From Angelakisella sp. (GTDB lineage Bacteria; Bacillota; Clostridia; Oscillospirales; Ruminococcaceae), in the NCBI GenBank assembly GCA_022795575.1, contig JAAWGY010000001.1, positions 1 through 42,449 of the forward strand: a stretch of DNA of 42,449 nucleotides, read 5' to 3'. The notes beneath the pieces are model-generated. The model saw only the letters and a program-made list of their open reading frames with translations. It was not told the DNA's origin and made no database searches. Of the stretch, positions 28,103 through 36,223 are shown piece after piece (the stretch's first letter is position 1; the number at the start of each line of letters is the position of its first letter). A program made the translations under genes and the position numbers.

Positions 28103-28402
28103 TCAGTTTGCGCCAGAGATATCCACAAAGACGCGCTCGTCGGGGTGGGCATAGTCCAGCTTTTCCCGGGCGGCCCGCTCCAGCGTGTCCTCGTCCTCCC
28201 GGAGAGAGAGCTGCGCATCCTTGTTCTTCAGCCGCTGCAGCTCCACCTGCTCTTCCATTGCCATCAGCTGCTCCTGCATCTCCACGATATCCAGCCTGGT
28301 CTTTACAAAATAGACGACGAAAAGGATGGTCAGCAGGACACAGGCCAGACGGAGCAGGGAGTTGATGGAAAAAGGGCTCGGCTTCCGCTCCTTTTTGCCC
28401 AC
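28103..28402 (-). CDS. divIC: Septum formation initiator (DivIC/FtsB family)
   Basis: TM plus coiled coil plus LERAAREKLDYAHPDERVF; GTG start at 28402 inferred. Confidence 0.9.
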   Translation of the reverse strand: MGKKERKPSPFSINSLLRLACVLLTILFVVYFVKTRLDIVEMQEQLMAMEEQVELQRLKNKDAQLSLREDEDTLERAAREKLDYAHPDERVFVDISGAN

Positions 28403-28406
28403 GCCA

Positions 28407-28988
28407 TCACCGTCCTTTTCGATAGGAAGAAAACCGCAAAAAACCCCGACGATTCCCGGCCCCACCCGGAGACCCGCCGTTTTGTCCACCTATGGAAAGG
28501 TTTTTTCTGCTTTCCTCCTTATTTTTCATATTATACATCATAACCATATGGGATTTCAAGCCGGTTTTTACCCGAAAAATGGTATTTCTTCCCCTTTTTT
28601 CCAGCCTGCGGGCCACCCGGGCGCTTCTGTCCCCCGCCCAGGCAAAGGGACGCCACAAGAAGGCCAGCACCGCCCGCACCCCGGCGATGATCCGGGCGGA
28701 GCATTTCATCACCAGGCTGCCGGCGGTAAAGTAGTACACCGTCCAGCCCAGCACCACCCCCAGCAGGATGAACCAGCGGATCTGTCCGTCGTTGTTTTCC
28801 AGCAGGAAGCCGAAGAGGGCGATGCTGGAAAAGAGGAAAAAGAGGAGGTCCTCTATCAAAACCAGCAGGGCAGGCATCAGGAAGGCGATCCGGGTGATCC
28901 GGAAGAGGTCGTAGAAGCAGCCCAGCACCGCCCCCAGCAGCAGGGACTGGAGAAAGACCGCCGTCTGGCCGGCGATGGTGATCCCCAT
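28407..28988 (-). CDS. yabQ: Spore cortex biosynthesis protein YabQ
   Basis: Q..VFLQSLLLG...YDLFRI, EDLLF, NDGQIRW; follows yabP. Confidence 0.92.
   Translation of the reverse strand: MGITIAGQTAVFLQSLLLGAVLGCFYDLFRITRIAFLMPALLVLIEDLLFFLFSSIALFGFLLENNDGQIRWFILLGVVLGWTVYYFTAGSLVMKCSARIIAGVRAVLAFLWRPFAWAGDRSARVARRLEKRGRNTIFRVKTGLKSHMVMMYNMKNKEESRKNLSIGGQNGGSPGGAGNRRGFLRFSSYRKGR
28530..28559 (-). promoter_or_regulatory. Internal sigma-A-type promoter for divIC within yabQ
   Basis: TTGAAA-18 nt-TATAAT in an AT-rich patch at the 3' end of yabQ. Confidence 0.65.
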
Positions 28989-28998
28989 CGGCGGGCCC

Positions 28999-29274
28999 TC
29001 AGCGGAACAGACGGCTCAGCAGGCCGCCCCCTACCGCCTGGGTATCGCTGTAGCCGATGCTGTAGATCTCCCCCTCCAGGGCCAGGTCGCCGGAAACCAC
29101 ATCAATTTTGCTGATGTGCAGCCCAAAGCCCTTGATGACCAGCTCCCCCAGGTCGGTCATCAGGATCACCGTCTCCTCGTCAAAGCTCTCCACATCGGTA
29201 ACGCCGCTGATGCTTACATTCTTCCGGTCCTCGATGATGATGCTGTGGGGCATTGCCAACTGCTTGTTTTCCAT
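28999..29274 (-). CDS. yabP: Sporulation protein YabP
   Basis: HSIIIEDRK, SGVTDVESFDE, GELVIKG.GLHI, GLLSRLFR. Confidence 0.96.
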   Translation of the reverse strand: MENKQLAMPHSIIIEDRKNVSISGVTDVESFDEETVILMTDLGELVIKGFGLHISKIDVVSGDLALEGEIYSIGYSDTQAVGGGLLSRLFR

Positions 29275-29352
29275 CGTCTTCCTCCCGTTTTGCGGTTTCC
29301 CTCCGGGCCGCCGGGGTGTTGTCCCACCCCCGGTACTGCCGGATACAATAAC

Positions 29353-29381
29353 AGGATATGCGGGAGAAGGGCCGGATAGAA
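29353..29381 (-). promoter_or_regulatory. Sigma-E-type promoter of yabP-yabQ
   Basis: TTCTATC-14 nt-CATATCCT; yabPQ is sigma-E dependent in B. subtilis. Confidence 0.55.
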
Positions 29382-29386
29382 CCCGT

Positions 29387-29638
29387 TTACCCCTGGACGA
29401 TGGTATAATTTTGGGAGGCGTTGTCCTTGGTCGTCACCTCGCTTAGCGCCGTTACCTCGATGAGGAGGGGCTTCTGGCCCAGGTTTACCTGGATCCGGTC
29501 CCCCAGCTTTACCTCATAGGAGGCCCTGGCGGGCTTGCCGTTTACCAGCACCCGCTGGGCGTCGCAGGCCTCGTTGGCCACCGTCCTGCGCTTGATGATG
29601 CGGGAAACCTTCAGGTACTTATCCAATCGCACAGTCAT
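29387..29638 (-). CDS. yabO: RNA-binding S4 domain protein (YabO/RqcP-like)
   Basis: RLDKYLKVSRIIKRRTVANEAC; start at 29638 (or GTG 6 nt later) after AAAGGAG. Confidence 0.94.
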   Translation of the reverse strand: MTVRLDKYLKVSRIIKRRTVANEACDAQRVLVNGKPARASYEVKLGDRIQVNLGQKPLLIEVTALSEVTTKDNASQNYTIVQG

Positions 29639-29660
29639 CGCTCCTTTCTCCGCGGCGGAT

Positions 29661-29693
29661 AAAAAAGGGGCCGGCACAAGCCGGGGAGCCGGC
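29661..29693 (-). terminator. Terminator-like hairpin between structured RNA and yabO
   Basis: GCCGGC...GCCGGC stem followed by CCCTTTTTT on the minus strand. Confidence 0.45.
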
Positions 29694-29820
29694 ATCCACA
29701 GCCGTTTGACGCGGTCAGGTCTCCACCGCCCCAGCGCCGCCTGCGGCGGTTTGGCGATGGACGCACCCGCGGGTGCAGTCTGCCTGCATCATCCGGCTAT
29801 GAATACGGCTTCCTACTGTG
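29694..29820 (-). ncRNA. Structured RNA candidate, possibly the Clostridiales-1 motif
   Basis: Nested stems AGCCGT/ACGGCT, CAGG/CCTG, TCCATCGCC/GGCGGTGGA, CGCCGC/GCGGCG and GCACCC/GGGTGC fill a noncoding gap between hup and yabO. Family name is from recollection and needs a covariance-model search. Confidence 0.6.
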
Positions 29821-29864
29821 CCAGCCCCACGGGACAGCAAGCCTGTCCCGCTACAGAATCTATC

Positions 29865-30143
29865 TTACTTGTTGTTTACGGCATCCTTCAGGGGCTTGCC
29901 GGCCTTAAAGACGGGGGACTTGGAAGCGGGGATGGTGATCGCCTCTTTGGTGCGGGGGTTGACACCGGGGCGAGGGCCCCGCTCCTTGACCTCAAAGGTA
30001 CCAAAGCCTACCAGAGAGAATTTTTCGCCCTGCTTCAGGCCATCGGTGATAGCCGCAAAAACAGCGGATACCGCCTTCTCGCTGTCCTTCTTGGACAGGC
30101 CGGTCCTTTCGGCAACAGCGCTCACCAGTTCAACTTTTGTCAT
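29865..30143 (-). CDS. hup: HU family DNA-binding protein
   Basis: MTKVELV, LVGFGTFEV, GVNPRTKE, PVFKAGK.LKDAVN. Confidence 0.97.
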   Translation of the reverse strand: MTKVELVSAVAERTGLSKKDSEKAVSAVFAAITDGLKQGEKFSLVGFGTFEVKERGPRPGVNPRTKEAITIPASKSPVFKAGKPLKDAVNNK

Positions 30144-30159
30144 TTCAGAATACCTCCAA

Positions 30160-30960
30160 CTAATTTTCTTCTTTTTTGGCTTCCCGCCAAAGTTCGTTCA
30201 GCTCATCAACGTTACAGGACGTAAGCTCCGTACCCTTGCGTTTTGCTGCCTCTTCCATCATCGAAAAGCGCCGGATAAATTTTTCGGTGCTGCGGGTCAG
30301 CGCCTCCTCCGGGTCCGCCTTCATCAGGCGGGAGACATTGGCGGCAGAGAAGAGGATGTCCCCCATCTCTCCAAAGGCCGCGTCCCGGTCCTGCTGGCCA
30401 AGCGCCTCCTCCAGCTCCTCGATCTCGCTGCGCAGATCCCCTATAGCGTCGGCCAGTGTCGGGTACTCAAACCCCACCTTGCCGGCGCGCTTTTGGACCT
30501 TGGCGGCGCGGACCAGGGCGGGCAGCGCCTTGGAGACCGCCTGTAGCGTACTGGCGGCCGTCTCCTGGTGCTTTTCCGCTTTTTTCAGCCTGTCCCAGTT
30601 TTCCAGCACCTGGCCGGAGTTTTCCACCGCCGTGTCCCCAAAGACATGGGGGTGGCGGTAAACCAGCTTTTTGCAGATGCCGTCACAGACATCGGAGAAG
30701 GAGAAGCGACCTGCTTCCTCCTCCATCCGGGCATGGAACACCACCTGTAGCAGAACGTCCCCCAGCTCCTCCTGCAGGAGGACCGGGTCGTCCCGGTCGA
30801 TGGCCTCCACCGCCTCGTAGCTCTCTTCGATGAAATTGTTGCGGATGGTGTGGTGGTCCTGTTCCCGGTCCCAGACACAGCCCTCCTCGCTTCGGAGAAG
30901 CTCCATGATCCTCAGCAGATCCTCGATGTCATAACGTTCCTTCACTGTAAACTTCATCAC
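30160..30960 (-). CDS. mazG: Nucleoside triphosphate pyrophosphohydrolase MazG (tandem domain)
   Basis: LRSEEGCVWDREQ, EELGDVLLQVVFH, KLVYRHPHVFG, EMGDILF, KFIRRF. Confidence 0.96.
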   Translation of the reverse strand: MMKFTVKERYDIEDLLRIMELLRSEEGCVWDREQDHHTIRNNFIEESYEAVEAIDRDDPVLLQEELGDVLLQVVFHARMEEEAGRFSFSDVCDGICKKLVYRHPHVFGDTAVENSGQVLENWDRLKKAEKHQETAASTLQAVSKALPALVRAAKVQKRAGKVGFEYPTLADAIGDLRSEIEELEEALGQQDRDAAFGEMGDILFSAANVSRLMKADPEEALTRSTEKFIRRFSMMEEAAKRKGTELTSCNVDELNELWREAKKEEN

Positions 30961-30984
30961 GCAGCCCCTCCAAACGCTTTTACT

Positions 30985-31013
30985 ATTCTAACTGATAAGC
31001 CTTAGCTTTGCAA
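30985..31013 (-). promoter_or_regulatory. Sigma-A-type promoter for mazG-hup overlapping the upstream gene end
   Basis: TTGCAA-17 nt-TAGAAT. Confidence 0.65.
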
Positions 31014-32715
31014 GTGCTTTTCTGATTTTTTCGTTGATATGAAGCATTTCCAGGTCGCTTTTGAGCACCGCGCCGGTGAGAAGCAGGGCAAAAAGGTAGA
31101 TGCCGCCCCCCAAAGCGATGGCCATCAGCAGCCGCAGCGAGGGGGAGGCCCGGTAAAAAAGGAGGGTGTAGCCGGAGTAGGCCCCCCCGGCGCAGAGGGC
31201 GGCGCAGAAGAAGGGCTTGCAGAAGACCTGGACAAAGTGCAGCCGCACCCCCACCACCACCCGCAGGCAGAGGAGGGAGACCACCACGATCAGGCCGTAG
31301 CAGAGGAGGGAGCCGTAGGGCACCCCCTGGATGTTCAGCTCCGGCCGGGAGACCAGCCGGAAGTTGGTGGCAAGCTTAACCCCCGCCCCCGCCAGCATCA
31401 TCCCCAAGGTGAGCTTTTCCCGGCCGGTGGCCTGCAAAACGCTGTTGATGGGGGTCGTCACCGCCACCAGAATGGTGCTGATGCCCATCACCCGCAGAAC
31501 CGGGGTGATGATGGCGGCCTCCATCAGCCTGGCAGGGTACAAAAACCGTAGGATGGGCCCCGCCAGGGCGAAGAGCCCCAGCCCCGCCGGCAGCGCCGCC
31601 ATCAGGGCGATGCGCAGCACCGAGTTCACCGTCTCCTCCATCCGGTGGTCCTGGCCCCCGGCGTAGGCCCGGGTGACGGCGGGCAGGGCGCTGACACCCA
31701 GCGCCGCCGTGATGGCGGGTGCCAGGTTAAAAAGGGAGAAGGCCAGCCCGGAGTAGGAGCCGTAAAGGTACTCCGGCAGCAGGTCGTCGGTGACAGCGGC
31801 GGGGATCAGGCCGTCGTACATCAGCCGGATGGCGGCGCCGTCCCGGGCGATGGCGGTTTTCAGGCAGTTCATCACCGACATCAGGTCGATGACCGAGGTC
31901 AGGTTGATGACCAGGGTGCTCAGCGAGATGGGGACGGCGATGCGCAACAGCTCCCAGGCCAGGCCGGGGGCGGCGGCGCCCTGCCGGCGGCGGGGGCCTC
32001 TCCCCCCTGCCTCCCGCCGGTAGCGGCCCCGGATGTACACCGCCCCAACCAGGGTGCTGGCCGTCACCCCCAAAATCGCGGCGGCGGCGGAAAAGCGGAA
32101 GATAAACAGGTTGGCCTCCCCCAGGGTAGCAAAGCTGCGGCCCAGCACCTCCCCGGTATCCAGGTACCGTTCCCGCAGCAGCAGGGTGGTGCCATAGGAG
32201 AGGACCGTTCCCGCCAGCAGCCGGGTCAGGGATTCCAGCACCTGGCTGCCGGCGGTGGGCACCATGTTGGTCATCCCCTGGAAGTACCCCCGGTAGGTGG
32301 CGGAAACGCAGCTGAACACCACCGCCGGGGCGATGGCGCAGATGGCCAGAAAAGCCCCGGGGTTGTTGATGGCCCGGGAAAAGGGCCGGGCAAAAAGGAA
32401 GAGCAGCCCCATCCCCAAAAGCCCCAGCAGCAAAAAGAGCCTGCGGCTGGCCCGCAGCACCTGCTCCCCGCCCTCCGGCCCGGCGCAGGCCGCCCGCTCG
32501 GATACCAGGCGGGAGGCCGCCACCCCCAGCCCGGTGACGGTAAGGGAGTAGATGGGGGTGAAGATATCGTAGGCGGAAACAAAGTAGGACATCCCCACCC
32601 CGCCCAGGATGTTGGCAAGGGGGATCTTGAAGAGCGCCCCAATGACCTTTACCGTCAGGGTGGAGAGGGTGAGCACCACCGCGCCCTCCAAAAAGCTCTG
32701 GTCCCTTCGTCTCAT
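30988..32715 (-). CDS. MOP/MurJ-family polysaccharide biosynthesis flippase (YabM/SpoVB-like)
   Basis: SFLEGAVVL...KVIGALFKIPL, RGYFQG..NMVPTA.SQ..E, many TMs; position upstream of mazG matches yabM. Confidence 0.92.
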   Translation of the reverse strand: MRRRDQSFLEGAVVLTLSTLTVKVIGALFKIPLANILGGVGMSYFVSAYDIFTPIYSLTVTGLGVAASRLVSERAACAGPEGGEQVLRASRRLFLLLGLLGMGLLFLFARPFSRAINNPGAFLAICAIAPAVVFSCVSATYRGYFQGMTNMVPTAGSQVLESLTRLLAGTVLSYGTTLLLRERYLDTGEVLGRSFATLGEANLFIFRFSAAAAILGVTASTLVGAVYIRGRYRREAGGRGPRRRQGAAAPGLAWELLRIAVPISLSTLVINLTSVIDLMSVMNCLKTAIARDGAAIRLMYDGLIPAAVTDDLLPEYLYGSYSGLAFSLFNLAPAITAALGVSALPAVTRAYAGGQDHRMEETVNSVLRIALMAALPAGLGLFALAGPILRFLYPARLMEAAIITPVLRVMGISTILVAVTTPINSVLQATGREKLTLGMMLAGAGVKLATNFRLVSRPELNIQGVPYGSLLCYGLIVVVSLLCLRVVVGVRLHFVQVFCKPFFCAALCAGGAYSGYTLLFYRASPSLRLLMAIALGGGIYLFALLLTGAVLKSDLEMLHINEKIRKALAKLRLIS

Positions 32716-32756
32716 TCACCTGCACCTGCCCTTTCCTCAGAATCGCCGGGTGGCGG

Positions 32757-33005
32757 TCACAGTCCCCGGAAGTAATCCCTTAGCTCCGCTTTGCAGGCGC
32801 TGTCCAGCTCTTTGATCCCCACCCCCTGCAAAGCGGCCTCCAGGTGGTACAGGATGACCACGCAGGTGGAGGGATACCGCGCCCGAAGGCGGCGCACCGC
32901 CTCCCTGCTCCCCGCCTCCGCCAGCTCCTCCACTGTTGTTATGCCCACAGCACCAAGCTTTTTTTCCATGGTTCTGCCGATGCCAATCGTCGCCAGCGCC
33001 GACAT
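32757..33005 (-). CDS. TfoX C-terminal domain protein
   Basis: GIGRTMEKKL..VGI.T.EEL...GS.EA..RL and LYHLEAALQG; RBS GGAGGGG. Confidence 0.87.
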   Translation of the reverse strand: MSALATIGIGRTMEKKLGAVGITTVEELAEAGSREAVRRLRARYPSTCVVILYHLEAALQGVGIKELDSACKAELRDYFRGL

Positions 33006-33061
33006 CCTCGCCCCTCCCTTCCTCCGAAAAGAAAAGCGGGGGAAGAATTTTCTCCCCCCAC

Positions 33062-33091
33062 AATGTATGCCTCCGGGAAAAGTGTTTAGAA
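33062..33091 (-). promoter_or_regulatory. Sigma-E-type promoter upstream of TfoX-C and the flippase
   Basis: TCTAAAC-14 nt-CATACATT, near-consensus sigma-E -10 box. Confidence 0.65.
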
Positions 33092-33095
33092 GCCG

Positions 33096-33539
33096 TTACT
33101 CCCCGGCGTCCTCTGTCTCCGTAACGGCAGGCGCCTCCGCCTCCGGGGCCTCCTCCGGAATGGAAAGGGGGGCGCCGCACCGGGAGCAGAAGCTGGCCTC
33201 GCCGCCGTTGGTGGCCCCGCACTGGGCGCAATACCGCTCCGCCGGGGCGGGGGCGGCCTTCACCTTCAGCGCCTCCAGGCCCTGGTGGATGGTGTCGATC
33301 TCCCCCACCACCAGGTCGATCAGGGCCTGGTTCTCCTCCCCGCTCTTGATGCCGTCGTAGATCACCGAGCCCAGGCGCTCGTAGGCGTCCTTCAGCTCGG
33401 AGGAAAGCTTCAGCTCCTGGATCTTAATCCGGGAATCGTCCACCAGCTCCTCGGTGGCCTTGCCCACCAAATCGGCCAGCTCCCTGGCCTTGTTCATCAG
33501 GTCGTCCAATGCTGCCATCTTCGTTTCCTCCTCATTCAT
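33096..33539 (-). CDS. Coiled-coil protein with C-terminal zinc ribbon
   Basis: YERLGSVIY helix and CAQCG...FCSRCGAPL double CxxC. Start may be the second Met. Confidence 0.88.
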   Translation of the reverse strand: MNEEETKMAALDDLMNKARELADLVGKATEELVDDSRIKIQELKLSSELKDAYERLGSVIYDGIKSGEENQALIDLVVGEIDTIHQGLEALKVKAAPAPAERYCAQCGATNGGEASFCSRCGAPLSIPEEAPEAEAPAVTETEDAGE

Positions 33540-33644
33540 GGTCTTGGAGGCAGCTCTCGCCGCCGCGTTTCATCTGCGCCCGCCGGCGATGGATCCCGCC
33601 TCCTATTGCCAACGCCAGCCGGCGTTTCCTCTCAAAAAGACAGC

Positions 33645-35099
33645 TCAAAGGGGAAATTCCCGCAGGGCATCCTTTCGTTCCAGGATGGTCTGGAACCGGT
33701 CGATATACTCATAGGGGTATTTGTAGTTGAAGATCCGCTCGATGCGGTTGCCGGGGAGCACCACCTTGGTGACGCCGCCCCCTCCTGTGGAAAGGATGGT
33801 GTGGGTTTCGTCCATGATGTAGATGTTGTAGAGACAGAGGGCGTCCCCCTTGCAGAAGCCCACATTCTCCAGGCTGTCCACCGTGCTCTTCTGCCGGTAG
33901 AGATAGTAGGGCCGGTAGCCGGCGGCGTCCAACGCCTCCTGAGAATAGTTTACCATCTGGCTCACCGGAGAAAAACCGGTCAAATGTAAATTTTTCTCTC
34001 CAATCATATCCGCCGCCCGCTTCATGGTGAGGGAATGGACGGTGATGTTGCCGGGCTTTAGGGCGATGATTTGATCCAGGGTATCCCGGAAGGATTCCAC
34101 CGTGTCCCCGGTGAGGCCGGCGATCAGGTCCACATTGATGGCTGTAAAGGGCATCGACTTTGCAAGGCTGTAGGCGGCCAGAAACTCCGCCGCGGTGTGC
34201 CTGCGCCCCACCTGCCGCAGCACCTGGTCGTTCAGGGTCTGGGGGTTGACGCTGACCCGGTCCACCCCGCCCTCCACAAGGGCCTGGAGCTTATCCCGGC
34301 AGATGGTGTCCGGCCGGCCCGCCTCCACGGTAAATTCCATGCAGCGGCTGCGGTCAAAGGCGCTGTTCACCGTTTGCAGCAGATCCCGGAGCTGCTCCGC
34401 CGTCAGCACCGTGGGGGTGCCTCCCCCCATGTAGATGGTCTGGAGCACCAGCCCCTTTTCGGCGGCGATGGCGGCGGTGTACCGCAGCTCCTCCTTCAGC
34501 TTTTCCAGGTAAGCCGGGATGAGCCTTTTGGTCTTTTCGATGGAGTGGGATACAAAGGAGCAGTAGCTGCACCGGGAGGGACAGAAGGGGATGGAGATGT
34601 AAAGGCTATAGCCTTTCGGGTCCGACCGGCGGATGGCCTGCTGCTGCACCTCATCGGTGCGGATACAGAGGGCCGCCTTTTGGGGGGTGGTGAGATACCG
34701 GCCGGTAAAGCATCCGGCAATCTCCCGGTAGTCCATCCCCTGCTCCCGCAGCTCCCGCACTAACTTTACCGGGCGGATGCCGGTAAGCACCCCCCACTCG
34801 ATGCGCCGCCCGGTGGCCCTGGTCAGCAGCCGGTAGAGCATCCGGCAGACCGAAGCCTCGGTGTCCCGGCGGTCCCGGCTGGCGGGCTCCCGCTCCTCCC
34901 CGGCAAAGCCGGGCAGCGTCAGGGAAACCCGATTTTCCGCCCCCTCCCCTGCCCCGGTCCGGATCTCCACCCGCTCCGGGGAAGGCTCGTCCTCCGCCTG
35001 TAAAAAGCGCGGCTGCACCTGGGGCAGGAACATCCGCAGGATGCACTCCACCTCGTAGTGGAGGTCCCGCTGGTCCTCCTGGGTCAAGATGATGTTCAT
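33645..35099 (-). CDS. hemZ: Radical SAM HemZ (HemN-like) protein
   Basis: WGVLTGIRPVK, LYISIPFCPSRCSYCSF (CxxxCxxC), YMGGGTPT, EFTVEAGRPD, PYYLYRQK. Confidence 0.94.
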   Translation of the reverse strand: MNIILTQEDQRDLHYEVECILRMFLPQVQPRFLQAEDEPSPERVEIRTGAGEGAENRVSLTLPGFAGEEREPASRDRRDTEASVCRMLYRLLTRATGRRIEWGVLTGIRPVKLVRELREQGMDYREIAGCFTGRYLTTPQKAALCIRTDEVQQQAIRRSDPKGYSLYISIPFCPSRCSYCSFVSHSIEKTKRLIPAYLEKLKEELRYTAAIAAEKGLVLQTIYMGGGTPTVLTAEQLRDLLQTVNSAFDRSRCMEFTVEAGRPDTICRDKLQALVEGGVDRVSVNPQTLNDQVLRQVGRRHTAAEFLAAYSLAKSMPFTAINVDLIAGLTGDTVESFRDTLDQIIALKPGNITVHSLTMKRAADMIGEKNLHLTGFSPVSQMVNYSQEALDAAGYRPYYLYRQKSTVDSLENVGFCKGDALCLYNIYIMDETHTILSTGGGGVTKVVLPGNRIERIFNYKYPYEYIDRFQTILERKDALREFPL

Positions 35100-35740
35100 G
35101 TGTATCTCTCCAACAGGGCGGTAATCCAGGGCCGCTCCTCCGCCAGGGAGCTCAGCTCCCCATGGCCGGGGCGGATGGTGTAATCCCCCTCCAGCTCCCG
35201 CAGCCTTTTCAGGGAGTCGCAGATCTCCGGGAAGGAGCCGCCGTAAAGGTCGGTGCGGCCGCAGTCGTGGCGGAAAAGGGTATCCCCGGTAAAGATGGTG
35301 CTGCCGCAGATTAGGCAGACCGAACCCCTGGTGTGGCCGGGGGTCTCCACCACCCGTACGGTGAGCTCGTCCATCGTCAGGTCCTCCCCCTCCCGCAGGT
35401 AGCCATCCGCCGGAAAGACGTAGGGGGTCAGGTCGCGGATAAAGCGGCGGGCCAGGGCCCCCGTCTTGTCGTCCGCCTCCAGCAGCTCCTCGTCCCTTTG
35501 GGAGAGGTAGACCGGCAGCCCGGCAAAGGCGGCCTTCAGCTCCTTTACCGCCCCCACATGGTCAAAGTGGCCGTGGGTCAGCAGGATCATCCTTGGGGTA
35601 AGGCTGTGGTCCCGGAGGTAGCGGATCATCTGCTCCCCCTCCGCCCCGGGGTCCACGATAAACGCGCTGCCCTCCCGGCTTTGGACCACATAGCAGTTGG
35701 AAGCAAAGGTGAACCTTGCGTGAAATTCCGTGATGGTCAT
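35096..35740 (-). CDS. MBL-fold metallo-hydrolase (glyoxalase II-like)
   Basis: [37 protein letters not shown]; real start ATG 35740 overlapping the dtd stop. Confidence 0.94.
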   Translation of the reverse strand: MTITEFHARFTFASNCYVVQSREGSAFIVDPGAEGEQMIRYLRDHSLTPRMILLTHGHFDHVGAVKELKAAFAGLPVYLSQRDEELLEADDKTGALARRFIRDLTPYVFPADGYLREGEDLTMDELTVRVVETPGHTRGSVCLICGSTIFTGDTLFRHDCGRTDLYGGSFPEICDSLKRLRELEGDYTIRPGHGELSSLAEERPWITALLERYT

Positions 35741-36210
35741 TTTGCGCCGCCTCCTGTCCTGTTCATCATCTCCCGGGTATCCAGCAGGATGGTCACAGGG
35801 CCGTCGTTGCAGAGGGATACCTGCATATCCGCCCCAAAGCGGCCGGTGCCCACCCGCAGCCCCGCCTGGCGGAGCCTTTCCACAAACTGCTCGTACAGCA
35901 CCACCGCCGTCTCCGGCCGGGCGGCGTCCACAAAGGCGGGGCGCTTGCCCTTGCGGCAATCGGCGTAGAGGGTAAACTGGGATACCACGATGACCTCTCC
36001 CCCAATATCGGCCACCGAAAGGTTCATCTTGTCCTCGCTGTCCCGGAAGATACGCAGGCCGGCGCATTTGGCGGCAAGGTAATCCACCTCCGCCGCCCCG
36101 TCCCCGTGGGTAACGCCCAAAAGGATCAGCAGGCCGGCCCCGATGGAGGCCAGCTGCTCCCCCGCCACCGTCACCGAGGCGCCGGAAACCCGTTGGACCA
36201 CTGCGCGCAT
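35737..36210 (-). CDS. dtd: D-aminoacyl-tRNA deacylase
   Basis: [33 protein letters not shown]. Confidence 0.97.
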   Translation of the reverse strand: MRAVVQRVSGASVTVAGEQLASIGAGLLILLGVTHGDGAAEVDYLAAKCAGLRIFRDSEDKMNLSVADIGGEVIVVSQFTLYADCRKGKRPAFVDAARPETAVVLYEQFVERLRQAGLRVGTGRFGADMQVSLCNDGPVTILLDTREMMNRTGGGAK

Positions 36211-36223
36211 ATAGATCACATCC

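Noticed and set aside
33945-34010. AT-rich patch inside hemZ as an internal promoter
   Set aside because: Extended -10-like TGGTAAACT is present but there is no credible -35 at proper spacing; too weak to call.
35741-36067. N-terminal extension of the MBL hydrolase ORF
   Set aside because: Overlaps dtd in another frame; the real start at 35740 has an AGGAGG RBS and ATGA coupling.
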